Shown in pieces: positions 35,108 to 42,891 of a stretch of 64,000 bases of DNA. Made by a program: the position numbers and the translations under genes. Location: positions 4,804,620 to 4,868,619 of the forward strand of contig OZ245042.1 of the NCBI GenBank assembly GCA_965224185.1, written 5' to 3'. The stretch comes from Rhodobiaceae bacterium (lineage in GTDB: Bacteria; Pseudomonadota; Alphaproteobacteria; Rhizobiales; G965224185). The first letter of the stretch is position 1. Each line of letters opens with the position of its first letter. The notes beneath the pieces are model-generated. The model did not search any database and was not told the origin of the DNA. It worked only from the letters and a program-made list of their open reading frames with translations.

Positions 35108-36225
35108 TCGACTTCGATGCCATGCCGCGGGCCGCCCGGCCGTTTGTCGATTTCGCCACCTTATTGCGGACGCGCGGTTTCGCGGTGTCGTCTGAACAGA
35201 CCACATCCTTTTTGCAGGCCATCCAGTTGCTCGGCCCCAATACAATGGAGGATATAAGGCGGGCCGCACTGGCCACCCTGGCGCCGCCGATGGAACGGTT
35301 CGCGGAATTCGACGCGCTGTTCAAAGCCCATTTCATGGGCGTCGTGGAGGTCGTCCCGCAGGTGGATGCGGAACTGGACGACGATACGACCCGGGTGCAG
35401 GAAGACGGTGGCCGCTTCGAGCCGGAGATCGCCGAGGAAATCAGCGAGGCAGGGCAGTCGGCCACCGGCGCGGAGGTGCTGACCAGCCGCGAATTCGGGC
35501 CGCGCGGCGATATCGATGCCCTGCGCCATTTCTCCCATGCCGCGGAAGCGCGGCTGCCGCGCCGCCGTGCCCGTCGTCTTCGCGCTTCGAGCCGTGGTAC
35601 TCAGTTCGACCCGAGGCGCATGCTGCGCCAGGCGGTGCGCACCGAAGGCGAAATCCTGGAACTGCCGCGCCTGCGGCGCAAGACCCAGCAGCGGGCGGTC
35701 CTTTTGTTGATCGACGTGTCGGGTTCAATGAAGGAGCACACCGACACTTATCTGCGTTTTGCCCATGCCTTGGCGCATGCGGTGGACCGTGCCGAAGTCT
35801 TTACCCTGGGCACCCGATTGACCCGCATCACGCCGGCCTTGCGTCTGCGTAACCGGGATCAGGCCCTGGCGGCGGCATCGCAGATTGTCGCCGATTGGGA
35901 CGGCGGTACGCGGCTTGGCGACGCCCTGCAAGCCTTCCTGGCGATCCCCCGATTTGCCGGATTTGCCCGTGGTGCCCTGGTACTGGTGCTTTCCGACGGT
36001 CTGGAGCGCGGCGACCATGCGGCGATGACCGATGCCGTTGAAAAGCTGTCGCGCCGTGCCTGGCATTTAAGCTGGCTGTCGCCATTGGCCACCGGCGCCA
36101 GTTTCACCCCGCAAACAGCAGCGTTGAAATCCATCCTGCCGATGATCGACACGCTGGCCGATGGCTCCTCCGCGCACAGCATCTGCAATCACGTTTTGGG
36201 GATTGCCGGGGGCCGGTCGATATGA
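35104..36225 (+). CDS. VWA domain protein (CoxE-like)
   Basis: It overlaps the upstream gene by ATGA. A MIDAS-type motif, LLIDVSGSM, is present. Its position after a MoxR ATPase is typical of CoxD/CoxE pairs. Confidence 0.75.
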   Translation: MIDFDAMPRAARPFVDFATLLRTRGFAVSSEQTTSFLQAIQLLGPNTMEDIRRAALATLAPPMERFAEFDALFKAHFMGVVEVVPQVDAELDDDTTRVQEDGGRFEPEIAEEISEAGQSATGAEVLTSREFGPRGDIDALRHFSHAAEARLPRRRARRLRASSRGTQFDPRRMLRQAVRTEGEILELPRLRRKTQQRAVLLLIDVSGSMKEHTDTYLRFAHALAHAVDRAEVFTLGTRLTRITPALRLRNRDQALAAASQIVADWDGGTRLGDALQAFLAIPRFAGFARGALVLVLSDGLERGDHAAMTDAVEKLSRRAWHLSWLSPLATGASFTPQTAALKSILPMIDTLADGSSAHSICNHVLGIAGGRSI

Positions 36226-37100
36226 TCATCGATGCCCATCACCATATTTGGAACCAACGCGACCTCCCGTGGCTGATGGGCCCCATGCAGCCGCGTATTT
36301 TCGGACCCTATGAAGCGATCCGCCGGGACTATCCAATCGAGGAATTCCTCGATGACATTGCCGGAACGGGCGTCGGCAAATCGGTCTATGTGCAGGCCAA
36401 TTGGGCGCCCCAGCATTTCGAAAGCGAGGTCGCCTGGGTGCAGCAGACGGCCGATCGCACCGGCTGGCCGCACGCCATCGTCGGCTACGCGGATTTTCTG
36501 GACTCCGATATCCGCCCGCAATTGGACCGGCTAAAAGCCTATCCGCTCATGCGCGGCCTGCGCATGCAATTGCATTGGCATGAGAACGAAATGTACCGCT
36601 TCGCGGCCGATCCGGACCTGTGCACCAATCCGGTCCTGATGCGCAATGTGGCGTGGCTCGCCGATTATGGCTGGTCCTTCGATCTGCAGATCTTTGCCGG
36701 GCAGATGACCGGCGCGGTCAAGCTGGCGCGGGCCTGCCCGGACGTCACCTTCATATTGCAGCATGCGGGCATGCCGGAGGACCTGTCCAACACCGGCATC
36801 ACGGCCTGGCGCGACAACCTGGCCAGGCTCGCCGAAGCACCGAACGTGGTCAGCAAGCTTTCCGCCTTCGGCACATTCATCCATCGCAATGATGCCGCTC
36901 ATATCCGTCGCATCGTCCGGGAAACGGTCGCGATATTCGGAGCGGAGCGATGCCTGTTCGGGTCCAATTTTCCGATCGAGAAATTGTGGACCAGCTATTC
37001 CGATCTTATCGCGGCGTTCCAATCCGCCGCATCCGACCTGCCGGCGGCCGACCGCCGATCGATCTTCGCCGAAACCGCTGCCCGGATTTACCGGATCTAG
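36222..37100 (+). CDS. Amidohydrolase_2-family metal-dependent hydrolase/decarboxylase
   Basis: The N-terminus MIIDAHHHIW is typical of the family. It overlaps the CoxE-like stop (ATATGA). Confidence 0.7.
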   Translation: MIIDAHHHIWNQRDLPWLMGPMQPRIFGPYEAIRRDYPIEEFLDDIAGTGVGKSVYVQANWAPQHFESEVAWVQQTADRTGWPHAIVGYADFLDSDIRPQLDRLKAYPLMRGLRMQLHWHENEMYRFAADPDLCTNPVLMRNVAWLADYGWSFDLQIFAGQMTGAVKLARACPDVTFILQHAGMPEDLSNTGITAWRDNLARLAEAPNVVSKLSAFGTFIHRNDAAHIRRIVRETVAIFGAERCLFGSNFPIEKLWTSYSDLIAAFQSAASDLPAADRRSIFAETAARIYRI

Positions 37101-37134
37101 CCGCGGCGCAACATACATCAGGGAGACAACAACA

Positions 37135-37983
37135 ATGGCCTTGGAAATCAAAATCTTGGACTATGGCGATATCGAGCTGGAAAACAGTTTTCTCGTGCTC
37201 GGCCACAATTGCGGCCGCATCAAACGGGTCCCGGTCTATGGCTATCTGATCCTCGGCGGCACCTATCCGGTGTTGGTCGATACCGGCTATCGCGACAATG
37301 CGATCATGGAATCGCTCGGTATGCGCGGCCTGCAATTCCACGAAAACATGATCGAGAACCAGCTCAACAAGTTCGGGCTGAAGCTCGGCGACATCCGCTA
37401 CATCCTGCATACCCATCTGCATATCGATCATGCCGGCAAGGACGATCTGTTCCCGATGAACACCACCGTTGTGGTCAATCGCCGGGAGATGGAATGCGCC
37501 GCCTCCGGCCTGATGCATCCGCAATATCCGCTGCCCGATACCAAGCACCTGATCGACCGGCTGCACACGAAAGATGCCCTGCGCTTCCTCGATCTGGAAA
37601 TCACCAATGGGGAGGAGATCATCCCCGGCGTGTGGTGCGAACCGGCCCATGCCCACACGGAAGGCTCCATGAATGTGGTGGTGGAGACGGCGGAGGGTCT
37701 CGCCAATATTTGCGGCGACGTGATCTACGATTTCAATGATCAGATCGTGGAGCCGGTGATGCAGACCCAGTTCATGGAGCCGCAGGTGACCGGCAACCAC
37801 GCGGGCTCGAAACGGTCGGAAAAAGGGGCCATCAAGAAGCTCCTGCATAATTACAAATTCCTGCTGCCGATCCACGACAAGCCGGCGCTGATCGAAGACC
37901 AGCAAGTGGTCGGCCGCCTGGAACAGCAGATCCCGGGTCCGGTGAGCCAGTCGTTGCCGAAACGCAATTGGTTCCCGGTTTGA
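37135..37983 (+). CDS. Metallo-beta-lactamase-fold hydrolase (lactonase-like)
   Basis: The ATG at 37135 follows GGGAGA. The HTHLHIDHAG (HxHxDH) motif is present. The ORF-track start at 36763 overlaps the upstream gene and is rejected. Confidence 0.75.
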   Translation: MALEIKILDYGDIELENSFLVLGHNCGRIKRVPVYGYLILGGTYPVLVDTGYRDNAIMESLGMRGLQFHENMIENQLNKFGLKLGDIRYILHTHLHIDHAGKDDLFPMNTTVVVNRREMECAASGLMHPQYPLPDTKHLIDRLHTKDALRFLDLEITNGEEIIPGVWCEPAHAHTEGSMNVVVETAEGLANICGDVIYDFNDQIVEPVMQTQFMEPQVTGNHAGSKRSEKGAIKKLLHNYKFLLPIHDKPALIEDQQVVGRLEQQIPGPVSQSLPKRNWFPV

Positions 37984-38052
37984 GGGAACGGTTACGATGG
38001 CTGGAGGACCTGATTTGCGGGCGTACCGAAGGGCACGGCCGGTCCCCCCCTC

Positions 38053-38213
38053 CCTAACCCTCCCCCTCCAGGGGGGAGGGGATGGGGCCGAGCATGACGC
38101 AAGTCCTCGGATTTCCAGTTCAGATTTCGGCTTGAAAACAATACTGAGCCGGTGCGGCGACGGATTCCCTCCCCCCTGGAGGGGGAGGGCTAGGGAGGGG
38201 GGGCTGCGGCGTT
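38053..38213. repeat. MITE-like element: 37-bp C-rich/G-rich terminal inverted repeats around an ~86-bp core
   Basis: ccccccctccctaaccctccccctccaggggggaggg at 38053-38089 matches the reverse complement of 38177-38213 with 1 mismatch. Each arm contains its own hairpin. Confidence 0.8.
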
Positions 38214-38359
38214 CCCAGTTAACCATACCCATTCCGGCAAATACCGTGCGCCACCGTCTCAAACCGAACACTACAAATGCAGCGATAACGGCGTGGAACT
38301 GCGCGTTCGCGCAAGCGGTCGATATCCGCCGACCATTGTAATAGCCCAGAGGAATTCCC

Positions 38360-39988
38360 ATGACCCATGAAGCCCTGAGCCCGGACTTCGACCGACTGAT
38401 TGACCAATATGCGCCTGTGGGGCAGCTCGGCACGGGCTTTGAATTCACCGAAGGGCCGATCTGGCATCCGGTGGAGCAGTACCTCCTGTTTTCCGACATG
38501 CCGGGTGATGTGCGGCGGCGTTGGGATGAGCGGAGCGGCGTGCGCGAGGTGATGCGGCCGGCCAATAAGTGCAACGGCATGACCTATGACGCGGATTTGA
38601 ACCTGATCGTGTGCGAACATGCCACCTCGTCGCTGGTGCGCGAGCGGCCGGACGGCACGCGGGAAACGCTGGCCTCTCACTTTGAAGGTCGGGAACTCAA
38701 CAGCCCCAACGATGTCTGCGTGAGGTCCGACGGCTCCATTTACTTTTCAGATCCCTGGTTCGGCCGCATGCCGGTCTTCGGTGTCGAGCGGCCGCGGGAA
38801 CAGGGCTTCCAGGGCGTGTACCGGGTGCGACCTGGCCAGGTCGGCGGGGACCCGGAACTGGTGGTCGACCGGATGCTGTTCGACCAGCCGAACGGACTGT
38901 GTTTCTCCCCGGATGAAAGCCTGCTTTACATCAACGATACGACGCACGCGACGATCAGGGCGTTTGATATGCGCGCCGATGGCACCTTGTCATCAGGCCG
39001 CCTGTTCGCCTCCGGCATCAAGTCGGAACTGAAGGCGGGCGTGCCGGACGGCATGAAATGCGACGCGGAAGGCAATGTGTGGGTCACGGCACCCGGCGGT
39101 GTCTGGGTCTATTCGCCCTCCGGACAATTGATCGGCAAGGTGGTGGTGCCGGAACTGGTGGCCAACCTGCATTGGGGCGGCGCCGATTTCAGGACACTAT
39201 TCCTGTGCGCCACCCACTCGGTCTATACGGTGACGACCAAGGTCGGCCCGCGCAACGAACCGTTCATGCGGGCGCGTCCCGGCGTGGCGACTGCGACCGC
39301 CGCGACCGCGCCGGCTCCAGCCAGTCCTGCGCCGCAGCCGGCGGCACCCGCCGACAAACCGCCGGTCGAGATGACGGAATCCCTTTCGCTCGATCCGTCG
39401 CGTTGCGCGATGATCATCCAGGACATGCAGAACGACGTGGTGATGGATGGGGGCGCCTTTGCCGAGTCCGGCGCGCCCGATCATGCCCGGCAGCAAAACG
39501 TCATTGCCAATATCCAGCGGCTCGCCGATCGCGCACGGGCGCGCGGTGTCATGATCATTCATGTGTGGTTCGTGGTCGAGCCGGGTGCGCCCGGCATGAC
39601 GTTGAATGCGCCGCTATTCGAAGGCGCGGTGGAGGCCAATGCGCTGGTCCGCGGGACGTGGGGTTGCCAGCCCGTGCCGGGGCTGGAGCCGCAATCCGGT
39701 GATATTGTGGTGGAGAAAATGCGCATGAGCGCCTGGGAGGGATCGACACTGGAAACGGCGCTCAAAAGCGGTGGCCGCGACACGATCATCGATTGCGGTG
39801 CATGGACAAATATGTCGATCGAACACACCGCCCGCACCGGTGCGGACAAGGGCTATGTCATCGTGGTGCCGGAGGATTGCTGCTCGACCATGAACGCCGA
39901 TTGGCACAACGCCTCGGTCAATTACGCCATGCAAAATGTCGCGGCCGTGACCAACGCGGACCGGGTGATCGCAGCGTTGGGCGGATGA
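38360..39988 (+). CDS. Fusion protein: SMP-30/gluconolactonase/LRE-like beta-propeller + isochorismatase-family (cysteine hydrolase) domain
   Basis: The N-terminal ~290 aa carry FTEGPIWHP, NSPNDVCV, PNGLCFSPDE and PDGMKCDAEGNVWV. An Ala/Pro linker (ATATAATAPAPASPAPQPAAPADKP) follows. The C-terminal ~190 aa carry CAMIIQDMQND ... GAWTNMSIEHTARTG. Confidence 0.75.
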   Translation: MTHEALSPDFDRLIDQYAPVGQLGTGFEFTEGPIWHPVEQYLLFSDMPGDVRRRWDERSGVREVMRPANKCNGMTYDADLNLIVCEHATSSLVRERPDGTRETLASHFEGRELNSPNDVCVRSDGSIYFSDPWFGRMPVFGVERPREQGFQGVYRVRPGQVGGDPELVVDRMLFDQPNGLCFSPDESLLYINDTTHATIRAFDMRADGTLSSGRLFASGIKSELKAGVPDGMKCDAEGNVWVTAPGGVWVYSPSGQLIGKVVVPELVANLHWGGADFRTLFLCATHSVYTVTTKVGPRNEPFMRARPGVATATAATAPAPASPAPQPAAPADKPPVEMTESLSLDPSRCAMIIQDMQNDVVMDGGAFAESGAPDHARQQNVIANIQRLADRARARGVMIIHVWFVVEPGAPGMTLNAPLFEGAVEANALVRGTWGCQPVPGLEPQSGDIVVEKMRMSAWEGSTLETALKSGGRDTIIDCGAWTNMSIEHTARTGADKGYVIVVPEDCCSTMNADWHNASVNYAMQNVAAVTNADRVIAALGG

Positions 39989-40196
39989 TGCGATCGGACA
40001 ATGCTTTAGAAATCAGGGTACGAAAAAATTTGGTGTTGCGCCGCGCGGCGAAGACAAGTACTTGAAAGATCCTCACAATGGAGTGATCGGCCGGATTGGC
40101 CGATGCAATCCGCCCGGCATTGTTCATTGCAAGATCATGCGATGAAACGGCCGGAATTCCGGTGAAACTGCGGACGAATGTGCGCGGTCGCCGGAT

Positions 40197-40271
40197 GGCA
40201 CGGTGGCAGAGTGGCTCATGCACGGGACTGCAAATCCCGCTACCCCGGTTCGATTCCGGGCCGTGCCTCCA
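40197..40271 (+). tRNA. tRNA-Cys (anticodon GCA)
   Basis: GGCACGGTGGCAGAGTGGCTCATGCACGGGACTGCAAATCCCGCTACCCCGGTTCGATTCCGGGCCGTGCCTCCA folds as a cloverleaf. The anticodon loop is CTGCAAA and the CCA is encoded. Confidence 0.9.
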
Positions 40272-40555
40272 AAATTCAATCCAAAGTAGCAATTTGATTA
40301 GACGACGCGGACTGGGCCGCCGGAGTGTTTTTACCGGCGGCGGGATGGCAGCCGGAAAAGAGTCATTATTTAGAGATATCTAAGTGAAATTACTTATATA
40401 TAAGTTTAAGTATTTTAAAATTGAGAAAACAAATTTAAATTGTATAGAAAGAAAATTACAAAAAATTGTTAAATATAAACCTAGTAAATTTAACTTTATT
40501 GCCATAAACTTCAAGTTGGCGGGGAAAGCGGGGTTGTAAATAGGGAGTATTGACT

Positions 40556-42166
40556 ATGTTCAGATCAAGATCAATGCGATTTATGCCCTTTCTAGGCGGT
40601 GTAATCCTGAGTTTTTCAATATCTCAGGTAGCAATTGCCGCGTCGGTGGAAACTCAAGTCGCTGAAGGCGGCGGAGTGTACAATATGCCGGAAGGCGATC
40701 ACACCACCGACCGCGATATTGCCGATGCCACACTTGCCGAAGTGCTGCGGCCGCGCATTCCGATGGATGCGGAGGCCTATGCAGCCTTGAAAGCCACGGG
40801 CGCCAGTGGCGCGGGAAATGGTGGCGCAGGTGCGGTGACGCCGCAGATGGGAGGCGAATACGTTCCCGATCCGCCGGCGCTTACCGAAAAGGAATGCATC
40901 GTCAACACGCGGACCGGCTTCGGACCGCCTGATATTCACGGTGCCGTCTCCACAATCAGGCTTGTGGTGGTCACCAATGTCGACGTCGGCATATTCAAGA
41001 AGACGACCTGCAAGAAGCTCAGCCAGGTGTCGCTCCTGGCCTTCTTCGCCGCCTTCAATCCGACGGCCACGGAAACGTTGTTCGATCCCAAGGTGATTTG
41101 GGACAAGCGGACCGGTCGATTTTTCCTTACGGCGGAGTCGCGCGATTCGGCCAACAGCAACCAGTATCTGTATATCGCCATTTCGACCAGCCAGAATGCG
41201 CTTTCCTGGCATCGCTATCGGTTCACACTGAGCCAGGGAGCGACGATCTGGTGCAAGAACTTGGCCACGGATTTCTATGACTATCCGAATACCGGCGTCA
41301 ACAAGCACAAATGGTTCGTGACTTCCAACAATTTCCCCAATGCGGGCGGTTCCTATGGCACGATCATCTCGATCCAGAAGAACACGTCCCTGGTCGGCGG
41401 AGCGGTAACCGGATGGTGTTGGAAAAATCTGGTCTCGAACATTGCGCCACCGATCGTGCGTGATGATAATCGTCGTGCAGCATTCATCTCGCCGGGTTCC
41501 GGTGGCGGAACCTCGTTGACGCGTTATGAACTGTTCACTCGACAGACGACGGCCGATACGCTGACGACCAAGACGTCGTATAACATTCCGACATGGGTCG
41601 GCCCGCCCGATTGTGTGCAGCCAAATGGTCAGCGGCTGGATTCCCTGGACGGGCGGTTCCAAAGCGCGTCGATCCAATACGGAAAACACCTATGGAATGT
41701 GCATACCATCTCCGATGGCTCCGGAGAGGCCGACCTGCGCTGGTATCGGTTGAAGACCAATGCCGCTTCGTCGGTGAAGAACACGGTAACCTTCAACTCA
41801 TTCTATACGGATGGTTGCCTGTTCAATCCGTCCTTTGCAACGTCGTACAAGCCGTCCGCATTCATCTCTTCGTCGCATACGTCTCCGGCCCATAATGCGC
41901 AATTCTTCGTCTTTTATGGGACCAATGCGACGAACACGGGTTGGTTCTTTGATACTATCCAGACATCAGCGACCCAATTCGTGAATACCGGTCTTGGCAC
42001 GACTTGCAATGCATCGCCGCGCGGATCCTGCCGTTGGGGTGATTACTCCTCCATGCAGATCGATCCGTCGACGGCGAATGGCCGCCGCGCCTGGGGTTGC
42101 AACGAACTGACCGACGGCACGACCCAATTCCTTTGGGAAGTGCGCTGCTCGCGCAACAAGCGCTAG
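40556..42166 (+). CDS. Secreted hypothetical protein (possibly beta-propeller/sialidase-like fold)
   Basis: The ATG at 40556 follows GGGAG. The signal peptide is MFRSRSMRFMPFLGGVILSFSISQVAIAAS. I recognise no family with confidence. DPKVIWDKRTGRFF and RWGDYSSMQIDP motifs are reminiscent of propeller-type hydrolases. GC is lower than the surroundings. Confidence 0.6.
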   Translation: MFRSRSMRFMPFLGGVILSFSISQVAIAASVETQVAEGGGVYNMPEGDHTTDRDIADATLAEVLRPRIPMDAEAYAALKATGASGAGNGGAGAVTPQMGGEYVPDPPALTEKECIVNTRTGFGPPDIHGAVSTIRLVVVTNVDVGIFKKTTCKKLSQVSLLAFFAAFNPTATETLFDPKVIWDKRTGRFFLTAESRDSANSNQYLYIAISTSQNALSWHRYRFTLSQGATIWCKNLATDFYDYPNTGVNKHKWFVTSNNFPNAGGSYGTIISIQKNTSLVGGAVTGWCWKNLVSNIAPPIVRDDNRRAAFISPGSGGGTSLTRYELFTRQTTADTLTTKTSYNIPTWVGPPDCVQPNGQRLDSLDGRFQSASIQYGKHLWNVHTISDGSGEADLRWYRLKTNAASSVKNTVTFNSFYTDGCLFNPSFATSYKPSAFISSSHTSPAHNAQFFVFYGTNATNTGWFFDTIQTSATQFVNTGLGTTCNASPRGSCRWGDYSSMQIDPSTANGRRAWGCNELTDGTTQFLWEVRCSRNKR

Positions 42167-42387
42167 CAGGTCCTGCCGGTTAGCGGGTCCGACCGACGGC
42201 TGGACCCAAATGCACACATCACTCGGCCCGGCGCGATAGTGCCGGGCCGTTCGATTAAAAGAAGGTATTCCTTCAGGTCGTTCGGCAGGACGGAAATTGG
42301 CGATAAGTATTGTGGCGCCAATCAATCAGATGAACACACAATTTGCACAATCACGCCTTAAATGTTCCAAGCAAGGACCAATTGGAT

Positions 42388-42699
42388 ATGGAAAATCAAT
42401 TCATGTTTCGACCGGCATTGATTATCACCTCACTCCTTTTTTGCACCGCCGGTATCGATGCGGCGCAGTCCCAGTCCGCTCCGGTTCAGCAACAGGGGCA
42501 ATCGGGCGGAGTTTACGAAATGCCGAAGAACAACGAAACAACGCCGACTGATCCAAACCAACCGGAAAGCTATACCGAAGCGCCGGGGCCGGGCATCCCG
42601 ATGGGCGAGGATGCCTATCGGAAATTGAAGCAGAAGCAATCCGCGAATGCCGGCGGTGTCCTACCGACCGTTACGCCGCGTCCAGCACCGGGACGCTAG
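42388..42699 (+). CDS. Small secreted hypothetical protein, paralogous to the N-terminal module of the 40556-42166 product
   Basis: 103 aa from MENQFMFRPALIITSLLFCTAGIDAAQS. It shares GGVYxMP...IPMxxxAYxxLK...V(T/L)P with residues ~35-100 of the upstream protein. Whether it is expressed is unproven. Confidence 0.45.
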   Translation: MENQFMFRPALIITSLLFCTAGIDAAQSQSAPVQQQGQSGGVYEMPKNNETTPTDPNQPESYTEAPGPGIPMGEDAYRKLKQKQSANAGGVLPTVTPRPAPGR

Positions 42700-42891
42700 A
42701 GCATCGTTCGTTCCCGTGTGATCGGACAATGCTCCAGTCGCCGCAATTCCGCTTAAAATCGCCGTATGCCACGGGCTGATCCGTCCGCGCATTTGCCGCT
42801 GGACATAGGCGCCTGCTTGCAGGATAGAATTGTTCCCGCAGCCCGCTTCTCTTCAATGGATTCGGGCAGGATATGGGAGCGTGTGTAAACG

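Noticed and set aside
34226-36225. The MoxR-VWA pair as a conflict or defence-type NTPase system.
   Set aside because: The pair is embedded in, and translationally coupled to, a Mo-hydroxylase operon in the canonical CoxD/CoxE position. No effector-like or VMAP-type partner genes are present.
37006-38580. A 524-aa minus-strand ORF. Similar large antisense ORFs occur at 17807-18967 (386 aa), 55419-56888 (489 aa), 40616-41689 (357 aa), 23429-24232, 33053-33943, 63225-63896 and elsewhere.
   Set aside because: Each is antisense to, or overlaps, a gene with clear family motifs. Their translations are Arg/Gly/Pro-rich with no recognisable domains, the classic GC-rich shadow-ORF pattern. The 37006-38580 ORF also runs straight through the MITE-like repeat.
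39988-42740. A direct repeat, TG(C/T)GATCGGACAATGCT(TT/CC)AG, at about 39988-40008 and 42717-42737. It brackets tRNA-Cys plus the low-GC islet, so it could be attL/attR.
   Set aside because: The repeat does not overlap the tRNA 3' end, and no integrase is present. The right-hand copy is half of an imperfect 42-nt palindrome (CTAGAGCATCG...CAATGCTCCAG) that looks like a REP/terminator-type element. A 14-nt core match could be another dispersed-repeat family rather than an att site. A genome-wide count is needed to decide.
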